Source: Abditibacterium sp. (GTDB lineage Bacteria; Armatimonadota; Abditibacteriia; Abditibacteriales; Abditibacteriaceae). Taken from it: DNA of 64,000 nucleotides. Below are positions 36,254-45,324 of this stretch, one piece after another. The DNA lies in assembly GCA_965246885.1 (NCBI GenBank), contig OZ251992.1:2624001-2688000 (forward strand). The letters run 5' to 3'. The stretch's first letter is position 1; every line of letters starts with the position of its first letter. The position numbers were made by a program, and so were the translations under genes. Under the pieces are notes generated by a model, which worked only from the letters and a program-made list of their open reading frames with translations, did not search any database and was not told where the DNA came from.

Positions 36254-37120
36254 TTACTCAACGATCATCGTGCCGCAGCCGGCGTCGGTGAAGAGTTCGA
36301 TTAATAGCGAGTGTGGCGCGCGTCCATCCACGATGTGCGCGCGTTCGACGCCGCCGTTCAGGGCGTCGAGGCAACAGGTAATCTTGGGAATCATGCCCGT
36401 CGAAACGGCGCCGGACGCGATGAGGTCTTTGGCTTCGTCGCGCGTCAGTTGCGGGATAAGACTGGTCTTATCGGCGAAGTCGCGGTAAACGCCCGCGACA
36501 TCGGTCAGCAGGAGCAGTTTGGAGGCTTTGAGTTCGCACGCGATGGCGGCGGCGGCAACGTCGGCGTTGATGTTGAAGGTTTCGCCGTTTTTGCCGCGCG
36601 CGATGGGAGAAATAATAGGCACGAAGCCGCCCGCTTGCAAGGTCTCGATAACGCCTCGATCCACGCTTTCGATTTCGCCGACCAAGCCCCAATCGTGCGC
36701 GCCTTGGAACTTCTCAGCGCGCAGCAAGCCGCCATCTTTGCCGGACAAGCCAACGGAGGGCGCGCCTTTGGCTGAGAGGTCGGCGGCGATTTGCTTTCCG
36801 ATTTGGCCCAGAACCATCTCCGTGACCTGCATCGTCGCCTCGTCGGTGACGCGCATCCCGTCGAGAAAGCGCGCTTCGATGCCCAACCGCGCGCACATCT
36901 TCGAGATTTCCGGCCCGCCGCCATGCACAACCACAGGCCGAATCCCGACATAGTGGAGCAGGGCGATGTCGCCCATCACCGCGCGCTGAAGTTCGGGAGA
37001 GGTCTGCGCCGCCCCGCCATATTTGATGACGATGGTCTGCCCGTTCAAATCGCGGATAAAAGGCAGCGCCTGCGAGATAATTCGCGCGTGTTCGGCAGCA
37101 ACAGGAAGTTCGGTGGCCAT
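36254..37120 (-). CDS. argB: Acetylglutamate kinase
   Basis: IVIKYGG, VVHGGGPEI, NINAD, LLTDVAG, GMIPK. Confidence 0.96.
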   Translation of the reverse strand: MATELPVAAEHARIISQALPFIRDLNGQTIVIKYGGAAQTSPELQRAVMGDIALLHYVGIRPVVVHGGGPEISKMCARLGIEARFLDGMRVTDEATMQVTEMVLGQIGKQIAADLSAKGAPSVGLSGKDGGLLRAEKFQGAHDWGLVGEIESVDRGVIETLQAGGFVPIISPIARGKNGETFNINADVAAAAIACELKASKLLLLTDVAGVYRDFADKTSLIPQLTRDEAKDLIASGAVSTGMIPKITCCLDALNGGVERAHIVDGRAPHSLLIELFTDAGCGTMIVE

Positions 37121-37156
37121 AGAGTTAGTTTGGTTGCCAGGGCCTAAAACGGAGTT

Positions 37157-37489
37157 TCACGGCCAGTCCAATGCCCTCTCAATCCAACGTTCAGCCCATT
37201 CACGATACCCCTGTGGGACAGGTTGTGAATCATCCAAAGCTCTAAACAACCCCTCGACGCGCAAACCGGCAGGAGACAAGTGATGTTTTCCACTTTTTAA
37301 TACAATGATTGGCTTCAGGCCATCGGCGAACCTTTTGTCCTTGTCGCCCGACTCCATCCAGTCCAAGTAACGAAAGGTGAAGCCCCACCCAAAAGGGCTA
37401 ACGACGACCTCCTCAAGGCACATATTCGGGCCGTAGTATTGCTCTGCCATCTTTTCGGCTACTTTTAAAGCCTCTTTATAGGTGATCAT
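37157..37489 (-). CDS. YrhB/Imm35-like orphan immunity protein (tentative)
   Basis: MITYKEA...PFGWGFTF...ESGD...PIIVLKSG pattern; lower GC. Confidence 0.6.
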   Translation of the reverse strand: MITYKEALKVAEKMAEQYYGPNMCLEEVVVSPFGWGFTFRYLDWMESGDKDKRFADGLKPIIVLKSGKHHLSPAGLRVEGLFRALDDSQPVPQGYREWAERWIERALDWP

Positions 37490-37494
37490 AAAAG

Positions 37495-38538
37495 TTAACT
37501 CAAAAACCGCGCCCGCTCCTCCGCCGTCCTCTCGAAAAGCGCGCGCAGGACGGCTTCTGATTCGGGGCGAAGCCGCGCGTTGCGTCTGCCGAGGGTGGCG
37601 CGGACGGTTTTGAGGGCGTCTTCTAAGCGGTGTTCGCTCCATCCGGCCAAGCCGCCCCAGCAGAACGAGGGGACGTATTTGGGGGAAACGCCGCCGCCGA
37701 AGATGTTGCACGCGGTGCCGATGACGGCGCCGGTCGTGAGCAGTTGTCCGATGCCGAGTTTCGTGTGGTCGCCGATGAGGGAGCCGAGGAACTGCGCGCC
37801 GGTGTCGAGGGTGTCGTCGCTCGACAGTTGGACTTTGATGTGGCCGTAGGTGTTCTTGAGGTTGCTCGTCGTGGCGAGGGCGCCGAAGTTCACCCAGCGC
37901 CCCGCCCAACTGTTGCCGACGAACCCTTCGTGGCCCTTGTTGACGCGCGACTGGAAGATGCTGGCGGAAATCTCGCCGCCGACTTTGCAGTTGGGGCCAA
38001 GGCTGGTGCCGGGGCGAAGGCGCGCGCCGTCCACTACGCTACCCTCGCCGACGAAAACGGGGCCTTGGATTTGGGAGAACTTCACTTCGACGCGCTCGCC
38101 GAGGATAATCGGGCCGCCCGAAACGTCGAGCACGCAGCCCGGTTGCACGAGGGCGCCCTGCCCGATATGCACGTCGCGGCGGTCGCCAACGATGTGCGCG
38201 CCGTGCATCATCGCGTGTTCTTGATGGTTTTCGTGGCGCTTCTGCCACTCGTGGAAGTCGCCCGCGATGTGCGCGTTCGAGTGCGTCAGAATCTCCCAAG
38301 GCGTCGCGGCGGGCAGGCCGGGGAACAAGTCGCCCTCGACATCCTCGTTGACGCGCAGCCCCGTCTTGGCGCGCAGATACGCCGCCAGTTCGGGCCGACA
38401 GCGCAACGCGACATCGGGCGTGACGAGCAAGGCGCGGTCGAGCGGACACAGCGCGCCGTAGCGCAGTTCAAAGGTGGCGCGCGTGTCGGCGAGCGGCCCG
38501 AATGGGCGCGCGTCCTCTTCGGCAACAATCAGTGGCAT
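37495..38538 (-). CDS. GlmU-like sugar nucleotidyltransferase / left-handed beta-helix protein
   Basis: FGPLADTRATFELRYG; hexapeptide repeats; NKGHEGFVG, SNLKNTYG, GDHTKLGI. Confidence 0.85.
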   Translation of the reverse strand: MPLIVAEEDARPFGPLADTRATFELRYGALCPLDRALLVTPDVALRCRPELAAYLRAKTGLRVNEDVEGDLFPGLPAATPWEILTHSNAHIAGDFHEWQKRHENHQEHAMMHGAHIVGDRRDVHIGQGALVQPGCVLDVSGGPIILGERVEVKFSQIQGPVFVGEGSVVDGARLRPGTSLGPNCKVGGEISASIFQSRVNKGHEGFVGNSWAGRWVNFGALATTSNLKNTYGHIKVQLSSDDTLDTGAQFLGSLIGDHTKLGIGQLLTTGAVIGTACNIFGGGVSPKYVPSFCWGGLAGWSEHRLEDALKTVRATLGRRNARLRPESEAVLRALFERTAEERARFLS

Positions 38539-38546
38539 ATATTTGG

Positions 38547-38650
38547 AGCCACAGATGGACACGGAGAACACGGATGGTTTAAAGATGTTGGAGTGGATAA
38601 ATCCTAAAACATCCCTCTCTTATCCGTGTTCTCCGTGTCCATCTGTGGCT
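38547..38650. repeat. About 100-bp inverted-repeat element (CAGATGGAC family), copy 2
   Basis: Perfect 29-bp arms AGCCACAGATGGACACGGAGAACACGGAT (38547-38575 and 38622-38650). Confidence 0.9.
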
Positions 38651-38660
38651 AATGGAAAGA

Positions 38661-39404
38661 CTACCGAATGATGCGCGGGCCGGTAATCAGGCCCGTTGGC
38701 GCGGTGAACGATTGGCCGGTGATGCGGGTGTAGTTGGCGCGCAGGTCTTGGAGGACGCGGGCCAGTTCCGCTCCGGCGCGCGGGTCAATGCGGCTTTTGA
38801 GGGTGTCGTAGAGCGCGCCGAAAGCGTCAATGGCGAGGCGGGCTTCTTTGTCGTTGCGGGCGATGAGGCCGGTGTAGGGGTTGGCGACTAACCCCATGTG
38901 GACGGCGGCGTAGCGCGGAAGTTCCGAGGCGGTCTGGATGAGGATGGGCGCGACTTCAAGGCGGCTCATGCTTTCGGCGCGCTGTGCCATCATCTGCCGC
39001 ACTTTGTCCTTTTCCTCTTCCGTCAAGGGGCGCCCGACTTCCTGTTCGAGTTGCGCGAACTGCTCGGCTTCCATTTGCGCGCCCAGCATTTCCGCTTCTT
39101 CCTCGGTTAGTTCGCGGTCGAGATCGTCGTCTTCGGCCTCATAGTCGGCGGAAGCGGGAACCGTTTCGGTCGCATCGGCGGCGTCACCGGCGGCAATGGG
39201 CGCCGACACCGCTTCGCCGGGGTTCTCATGAAGCGACGACGCACCGATGATCTGGGGCGTGGCTTGCGGCGCGGCTTGGCCGGGGACTTGGATGAGCGGG
39301 CTACTCGCGGGCGCGGTGCCTTTCCGCTCGTCGTCGCTCAGCAGTCGGTTGTCAATGATTTGAAAGCGCGGCTTGTCGTCGCGTTCTTCGGAGTTGTTGG
39401 CCAT
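38661..39404 (-). CDS. DUF1844-like protein
   Basis: AAVHMGLVANPYTG...EARLAID...LQDLRANY; acidic disordered middle. Confidence 0.75.
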   Translation of the reverse strand: MANNSEERDDKPRFQIIDNRLLSDDERKGTAPASSPLIQVPGQAAPQATPQIIGASSLHENPGEAVSAPIAAGDAADATETVPASADYEAEDDDLDRELTEEEAEMLGAQMEAEQFAQLEQEVGRPLTEEEKDKVRQMMAQRAESMSRLEVAPILIQTASELPRYAAVHMGLVANPYTGLIARNDKEARLAIDAFGALYDTLKSRIDPRAGAELARVLQDLRANYTRITGQSFTAPTGLITGPRIIR

Positions 39405-39434
39405 AGTGGATTCCTTTGCAAAAGGCGCGCGAGT

Positions 39435-40025
39435 TTAGGGCGAAACCGGCGCCAGCACACCCGCCAACCCGTGCAATTTCCGGGCGAACTCCGCATCTGG
39501 CAGGGCGGGCACGGCGCGCGCCGCAAGCGGCGTGTCCCATTCCACCCACGACTTACAGCCCAAATCCTGCGGGCGAAGCTCCAACCGGATGGGCGATTCC
39601 AGCTTCCAGAAGCGTAGCGCCGCGCACAAAAGCGGCTTCTCCTCTTGGTAAGCGAAGCGCAAATCCAGATACGCCCGCGAGTAAATATGCTCCGCCTCGC
39701 GCAGCGCCGATTCCGCATCTTCGCGCAGTTGCCACACCCGTTCCACGCGCGCGAAATGGCGTAGATAAACCACCTTCGCCGTTTCGTCCGCTTCGCGCGG
39801 CGCGGCTTGCCACAACTCCTGATGCTCCGCTTTCACCAAGCCGCGCTCCTGATGGAACCACGTCGGCATGAGAAAGAACTCCCGGTGTTCAAGCGAGAAC
39901 GCGCCGTCTTCATCGTGCAACCCGCCCTTGCGAAGCAGCAATATCTGCCGCCCCTGCGCGAGCGACTCGCACGAAATCGCCCATTCCTTCAAGGCGGCGG
40001 ACGAGGAAACTTCGATTGAATCCAT
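39435..40025 (-). CDS. DUF1802 family protein
   Basis: ALKEWA...GRQILLLRKGG...PTWFHQ...GCKSWV. Confidence 0.9.
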   Translation of the reverse strand: MDSIEVSSSAALKEWAISCESLAQGRQILLLRKGGLHDEDGAFSLEHREFFLMPTWFHQERGLVKAEHQELWQAAPREADETAKVVYLRHFARVERVWQLREDAESALREAEHIYSRAYLDLRFAYQEEKPLLCAALRFWKLESPIRLELRPQDLGCKSWVEWDTPLAARAVPALPDAEFARKLHGLAGVLAPVSP

Positions 40026-40043
40026 AGAAATAGGGACGCATAT

Positions 40044-40145
40044 TAGCCACCGATGGACACAGAAAACACGGATGATTTTAGAGAATTGGCTGGCTGGCTT
40101 CCCCAATCTTTTCCTATCCGTGTTCTCCGTGTCCATCGGTGGCTA
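40044..40145. repeat. About 100-bp inverted-repeat element (CAGATGGAC family), copy 3
   Basis: TAGCCACCGATGGACACAGAAAACACGGAT ... ATCCGTGTTCTCCGTGTCCATCGGTGGCTA. Confidence 0.9.
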
Positions 40146-40182
40146 TAACCTTGGCCCCGAAATCGAGCGGTTTCCCGTCGCC

Positions 40183-40689
40183 ATGACTTTCCCATTCCAC
40201 AACGGCGACGCCGCCCTCGACTTTGAACTCACCGACTGCCTCGACAAAACGTGGCGCCTCAGCGACCACAAGGGCAAGCTCGTCTGCCTGTATTTCGCGC
40301 GCGGTGAATACTGCCCGACGACGCGCGGCGAGTTCGCTTACTTCAACGCCTTTGCGCGCTTGTTCCCGAAGATGAACTGCGAGTTCGCTTTCGTAGTCAA
40401 CGGGGGCCGCCGCGAACACGCGAAATTCGCCCGCGACTTGCGCATCGCACTTCCCATTTTAGTGGACGACGACGGCGCGATTGGCGAGAAATACGGCATC
40501 TACGGCGTCAACCACAACGACCTAAAGCGCGACGACTACAAGAACTACATCGCCCCCGGCGTGTATCTGATTGACGTGGATGGCGACATCTCCGCCTTCT
40601 GGCTCGCCAGCGCCCCGCGCGGCCTCCCCTCACCCGAAGCGATTTTAGGGATTTTGGGCTACGCGGAGCATAACGGGGGTAAGTATTGA
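40183..40689 (+). CDS. AhpC/TSA (peroxiredoxin-like) protein
   Basis: ALDFEL...LSDHKGK...YFARGEYCPTT...PGVYLID. Confidence 0.8.
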   Translation: MTFPFHNGDAALDFELTDCLDKTWRLSDHKGKLVCLYFARGEYCPTTRGEFAYFNAFARLFPKMNCEFAFVVNGGRREHAKFARDLRIALPILVDDDGAIGEKYGIYGVNHNDLKRDDYKNYIAPGVYLIDVDGDISAFWLASAPRGLPSPEAILGILGYAEHNGGKY

Positions 40690-40704
40690 AGAATGGGGGC
40701 AACC

Positions 40705-40855
40705 TGCCCAGCGACTAAAGTCGCAGGCAACCCACAGCAAAGTCGGCCTGCGCCGACTGCACTCTGAAGAGAGGAAACGCCCAACGCTCACTGCACCTAA
40801 TAGTCGGCGCAGGCCGACTTTGCTGTGGGTTGCCTGCGACTTTAGTCGCTGGGCA
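40705..40855. repeat. REP/REPIN-like perfect inverted repeat, 54-bp arms
   Basis: 40705-40758 is the exact reverse complement of 40802-40855; same two-hairpin arm design as 8831-8940. Confidence 0.92.
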
Positions 40856-40875
40856 CATGAAGCCACCGAGACAAA

Positions 40876-41322
40876 CTACCGCGCCCTTTCCAACACCACC
40901 GAAACGCTCGCGGGTTTCACGCCCAGTATCTCGACATCCTCCCCCGTTGATTCGGCGCGGATGGGGATGTTTTGCGGGGCGTCGGTCGGTTTGGCGATGG
41001 CCGAATAATCGAGGGCGGCTGTCAACGCACCGTTGAGCACGGGCGGGGCGTCGGCGTCGGTGGTTGTGAGCGGGTTGGCGAGGGGGAGCGTCGGGCCGCC
41101 GAGGGCGCGCAGTTCGAGGTGCGGGGCGCGCACCGTGACGTGCACGGTTTTCGGGGCGTCGGAGGAAACAAGGGCAAAGCCGCGCGGCGCGCTCGTCTGA
41201 AGGCGCACGGAAAAGGTCGCAGTTTCGAGCGGGTTCGACTCGCCGCGCACATGGCTCCACAGACCAATGGAAAGCAGCAGCGCCGTCAGCTTGAGCGGCC
41301 AATTGTTGAGGAAGCGGTTCAT
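40876..41322 (-). CDS. YbbR/CdaR-like protein (short, single domain)
   Basis: NNWPLKLTALLLSIGLWSHV N-terminus; downstream of cdaA. Confidence 0.75.
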   Translation of the reverse strand: MNRFLNNWPLKLTALLLSIGLWSHVRGESNPLETATFSVRLQTSAPRGFALVSSDAPKTVHVTVRAPHLELRALGGPTLPLANPLTTTDADAPPVLNGALTAALDYSAIAKPTDAPQNIPIRAESTGEDVEILGVKPASVSVVLERAR

Positions 41323-41342
41323 CGGAGAAAGTCGGAACGTAT

Positions 41343-41452
41343 CTTACCAACGCGCCGCCGACATAAGCGACTCGTTCACCGGGTTAATTCTTCCGTCCGC
41401 GCAGCTAATTCTTCCGTCCGCCGACATAATTGGCGTAGCAGTTAGTTAATTC
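41343..41452. repeat. Short 21-bp tandem array (about 5 units)
   Basis: TAAGCGACTCGTTCACCGGGT, TAATTCTTCCGTCCGCGCAGC, TAATTCTTCCGTCCGCCGACA at 41364, 41385, 41406. Confidence 0.7.
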
Positions 41453-41475
41453 TTTCGGCGGCGCGCATGGGCGAA

Positions 41476-42429
41476 TCATCCGCGCGACTTGAGAGCCGCC
41501 CGCAAGGTGCCGATTGTTACGCGCGGGAGGGAAACGGCGGTCTTCCCTAATTGGCGGGCGAAAGGGCGCAACCGCGCGGCGCCGTCGTTGGACTGCACCA
41601 ACAAAGCGCGCAGTTCGGCGGCTAACGGTTTGGCGCCCAGAAAGGAAGTCATGGTGGCATCGCGCGCGACGGAGACGTTGCCGGTTTCTTCGGACACGAC
41701 GACGATGATGGCGTCGGTGGATTCGCTCAGGCCAAGCGCGGCGCGGTGACGGGTGCCGACGGTGCGCGGCAGTTCGGTGTTGCCCGAAAGCGGCAGGATG
41801 CACGCGGCGGCGACAATGGTTTCGCCGCGCAAGATGGCGCCGCCGTCGTGGAGCGGGTTGCCCGGTTGGAAGATGGCGCCCAACAGTTCGGCGGACAACT
41901 TGGCGCCCAAGGGCGTTCCCGTCGCGGCGATGTCGGCGAGGCCAGTTGTGCGCTCGATGGCGAGCAAGGCGCCTATTTTCTGACTCGATAGCTTCTCGAC
42001 CGCGCGAGCGATTTCGTCGGCGACGCGGTTTTGAGCTTCCAACTGCGCGGGCGAAAAGCGGATGCCGAGCAGTTCCAAGCGCCCCCGCCCCAGTTGGTCG
42101 AGCGCCGCGCGCAGTTCCGGTTGGAACAAGATAACGAGCACCAGTGCCGACGCAAAGAGGGCTTGCGAGATGAGCCAGTAGAGGGTGTCGAGTCCAAGCC
42201 ACTGCGCGCCTTTCATGACAACAAGCAGGATGGCCACGCCCTTCAAAAGCGGCATGGCGCGCGTTCCTTTGGCGAGGAGCAAAAGGTAATAAATCGCTGT
42301 AGCGACGAGGGCGATGTCCACAAGCGCGACAACATCCACTTGGCGGAGCAAGTGTTTGAAGTGGGGCCACAAAAGCGGGGCGGCGCTTTGTAAAAGGAGC
42401 ATCGTAGCGGCGAGGGCGGAAACGCCCAT
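41476..42429 (-). CDS. cdaA: Diadenylate cyclase CdaA/DacA
   Basis: Three TM segments; VILFQPELR; PLHDGG; GTRHRAA; VVSEETG; start uncertain. Confidence 0.92.
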   Translation of the reverse strand: MGVSALAATMLLLQSAAPLLWPHFKHLLRQVDVVALVDIALVATAIYYLLLLAKGTRAMPLLKGVAILLVVMKGAQWLGLDTLYWLISQALFASALVLVILFQPELRAALDQLGRGRLELLGIRFSPAQLEAQNRVADEIARAVEKLSSQKIGALLAIERTTGLADIAATGTPLGAKLSAELLGAIFQPGNPLHDGGAILRGETIVAAACILPLSGNTELPRTVGTRHRAALGLSESTDAIIVVVSEETGNVSVARDATMTSFLGAKPLAAELRALLVQSNDGAARLRPFARQLGKTAVSLPRVTIGTLRAALKSRG

Positions 42430-42434
42430 GACAG

Positions 42435-43538
42435 TTAACCCGAAGAAGTCGCCACGCGCGGTACTCGCGCGGAAACTCCACACAAAATTTCATACGCAAT
42501 CGTGTCCGCCTCGCGCGCCATCTCCTCGATGGGTAGGCCGCGCCCGAACAGCGTCGCTTCGTCGCCCAGATACACGGCGACTCCCGACACGTTCACCATC
42601 GTTTGATCCATCGTCACGCGCCCAACGACGGGACAGCGCACGCCGTTGATTAAAATCTTCGCGCGGTTGGACAAAGAGCGCCGGAAGCCGTCGGCGTAGC
42701 CGACCGACACGACGGCGATAAGCGCGGGGGTAGTCGCCTTCCATGTCGCGCCATACGAAACCGATGCGCCGCTTGGCACGGTGTAGAGGTGCGTGACGCG
42801 CGCCTTCCACGTCATGACGGGGCGCAGTTCGCCGGGCATCGTTGGGAGCGGGTTCGAGCCATAAAGCGCGATGCCTGCGCGCACCATGTCGAAGTGCGCG
42901 GCGGGATAGCGCAAGATGGTCGCGGAATTAGCGGCGTGAATGAGGGCGCCCGGTGGCACCTTCACCGCGCCCAAGACCCCCGCGAAGCGGCGCAGTTGCA
43001 AGGGCGTGAGGTCGTCGTCTTCCTCGTCCGCGCTCGCCATGTGGGTGTAAACGCCCCGCAGGTCGAGGCGGTCGAGGCTTTGCAGGGCCGCAAACTTTTC
43101 TGGCGCCGTTTCAAAGCGCGCGCCCAAGCGCCCCATACCGGTGTCCACTTTGAAGTGGTAATCGGCGCGGGCGCCCTCTTTCTCGGCGGCTTGCTGGAGG
43201 GAAAGCCCCAACTCGCGCGTCCAAATGGTGGGGGTCAGGCGCGCTCGGACGGCGGTGCGCGCTTCTTCGGGTAGCATCGCCGACAGCAATAAGATGGGCT
43301 TGGCGATCCCCAACTCGCGCAGCGCTTGCCCCTCGTCAACGGACGCGACGCCGAGCATGGCGATTTCGGGCAGGGCGTCAAGCGCGGGCGCCACCAAGCG
43401 GATGTCGTGCCCATAAGCATTGGCCTTGCACACCGCGAGGAGCGGGGTGCAGGCCACTCGCGCGAGCGTTTGGACATTGTGGCGCAAGGCCGACAAATCT
43501 ATCTCGGCCCACGTCGGGCGGGAAAACGGCACCCGCAC
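42435..43538 (-). CDS. alr: Alanine racemase
   Basis: AVCKANAYGH, HFKVDTGMGRLG, HAANS, GYADG, GRVTMDQ. Confidence 0.96.
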   Translation of the reverse strand: MRVPFSRPTWAEIDLSALRHNVQTLARVACTPLLAVCKANAYGHDIRLVAPALDALPEIAMLGVASVDEGQALRELGIAKPILLLSAMLPEEARTAVRARLTPTIWTRELGLSLQQAAEKEGARADYHFKVDTGMGRLGARFETAPEKFAALQSLDRLDLRGVYTHMASADEEDDDLTPLQLRRFAGVLGAVKVPPGALIHAANSATILRYPAAHFDMVRAGIALYGSNPLPTMPGELRPVMTWKARVTHLYTVPSGASVSYGATWKATTPALIAVVSVGYADGFRRSLSNRAKILINGVRCPVVGRVTMDQTMVNVSGVAVYLGDEATLFGRGLPIEEMAREADTIAYEILCGVSARVPRVATSSG

Positions 43539-43632
43539 AGTGTGGAGAGTTGCGCAGGCAAGGGGAAATGGCGCGGGAAATGCGGGGTTATACTTTCAGA
43601 CATTCGGGCCGGTGGCCCGCGAGGAACCAACT

Positions 43633-43857
43633 ATGCATTTACCCGGTGGAATGGAAATGGTGGTACTGCTGCTGATCGTCGTCGTACTGTTCGGCGGCGC
43701 CAAGTTGCCGCAACTGATGAAGGGCGTCGGTGAGGGTATGCGCGAGTTTAAGAAAGCGACGCGCGACGACGAGGTACATCCGCCCATCGCGGCGCCGACA
43801 ACGACCACAACGCTGAGCCAAACCCCCCGCAACCCCAACGAGCCGCGCGTGCAGTAG
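43633..43857 (+). CDS. tatA: Twin-arginine translocase TatA/E subunit
   Basis: LLIVVVLFGGAKLPQLMKGVGEGMREFKKA; GAGG RBS. Confidence 0.93.
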   Translation: MHLPGGMEMVVLLLIVVVLFGGAKLPQLMKGVGEGMREFKKATRDDEVHPPIAAPTTTTTLSQTPRNPNEPRVQ

Positions 43858-43877
43858 AAGCCGCGCGCCAAAGGAGA

Positions 43878-43905
43878 CGCCGTAGCCACTGGCTGCGGCG
43901 CTTTT
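43878..43905 (+). terminator. Rho-independent terminator after tatA
   Basis: CGCCGTAGCC-ACT-GGCTGCGGCG followed by CTTTT. Confidence 0.65.
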
Positions 43906-44010
43906 GTTTGTGTGGTAGCACGCGCCCTCAGTGATATGAAATCACCGGCATCCGGCTTCGCCAAGCGTCCTGCCGGACGCGCTGCCCTTGCTATTCCTCA
44001 AACTCATCCC

Positions 44011-45183
44011 ATGCCGCTTTCCATGCCGTCTGGCGCCGAGTTCTTCGCGTGGCGCCGCGAGCAGTTCCCGTTCTTCGCGTCCAAAATCTGCCTGACGCAC
44101 GCGTCAGTCGCTCCCCTGCCCGCGCGCACCGTTGCGGCGATTGGCGACTTTGCCGCGCGCTTGGGGGGCGAGGGGCAGTTCGAGTATTATTCCGAGCCGA
44201 TTTACCGACGCGCCAAGGAGCGCATCGCGCGCATGCTCGGCAACGGCGCGAGGGCGGATGAAGTCGCGTTTGCCGGTTCGACATCGCACGCGCTCGGTTT
44301 GGTGGCGACCTCGTTCCCTTGGCAGGTGGGCGACAACTGCGTGGTGTTCGACGGCGACTTTCCAGCGAACGTCGTCATCTGGAAGAACCTCGCCCACACG
44401 CACGGCGTGGAGGTGCGGGTCGTGCCGTTCAAGCCCGCGCGCGATTGGGTGCCCGCCGACTTGGAGGGGTTGGTGGACGAACGAACGCGCATCGTGACGC
44501 TATCGGCTGTGAACTTCCTGTCGGGCGTGGCGCTGGATGTGCGGGCGTTTGGCCAGTGGGTTCACGCGCGCGGGGCGCTTTTGTGCGTGGATGTGATTCA
44601 AGGCTTCGGCGCGGTGGAAATGGACTTGAGCGAGGCCGACTTCGCGTGCGCCGATGCGCACAAGTGGATGTTGGGGCCAAACGGCGCCGCCTTCGCGTGG
44701 TTTCGGGGCGACGTGTTGCCCCGGATGCGCCCGCAAATTCTGGGCTGGCTCGCAACCGAGAAGCGGGACAACTGGTTCGCGTATGATCTGGAGCCGCACC
44801 ACAGCGCGGAACGTTTCGAGCCGGGGGCGCGCAACTACTTGGGGATAGTCGGCATGGAAGCCTCGCTGTCTCTGCTCGAAGACGTGGGGCTGGCGGAAGT
44901 CGCGCGTCGCGTTCATGCCTTGCGCGATTACGGGGCGGCGCAGATGGCGGAGCAAGGCTGTGAACTGCGCTGGACGCCGGATGGAACCAATGCGAGCGGC
45001 ATCTTTTCCTTTCGCCCCGCGCGGGGGGACATTAAGGCGCTCAACGCGGAACTGGACAAGCGCTTCGCGTTGAGTTTACGCTCTGACCGCGACGGGCGGG
45101 AGTGGATTCGCGTTTCGCCGCACTGGATGAACTGCGAGGCCGACTTGGACGAACTCGCGGAAGCAGTCCGCGCGGCAACATAA
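44011..45183 (+). CDS. Class V PLP-dependent aminotransferase / cysteine desulfurase-like enzyme
   Basis: VDVIQ, ADAHKWMLGP (PLP lysine), IRVSPH. Confidence 0.88.
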   Translation: MPLSMPSGAEFFAWRREQFPFFASKICLTHASVAPLPARTVAAIGDFAARLGGEGQFEYYSEPIYRRAKERIARMLGNGARADEVAFAGSTSHALGLVATSFPWQVGDNCVVFDGDFPANVVIWKNLAHTHGVEVRVVPFKPARDWVPADLEGLVDERTRIVTLSAVNFLSGVALDVRAFGQWVHARGALLCVDVIQGFGAVEMDLSEADFACADAHKWMLGPNGAAFAWFRGDVLPRMRPQILGWLATEKRDNWFAYDLEPHHSAERFEPGARNYLGIVGMEASLSLLEDVGLAEVARRVHALRDYGAAQMAEQGCELRWTPDGTNASGIFSFRPARGDIKALNAELDKRFALSLRSDRDGREWIRVSPHWMNCEADLDELAEAVRAAT

Positions 45184-45324
45184 AGCGGCGGCGGTCAAAC
45201 TGAGGGCGCATCGGAACTGTTGTCCCCGTTGGAGGCGCCTCTTGGAAGAACCCCGCGCAAATCGGGGGAAATCTTCGCCTTCCCTTTCGTCTGAGGGGCG
45301 CTTCAAACTCTGTTCCCACTTCTC

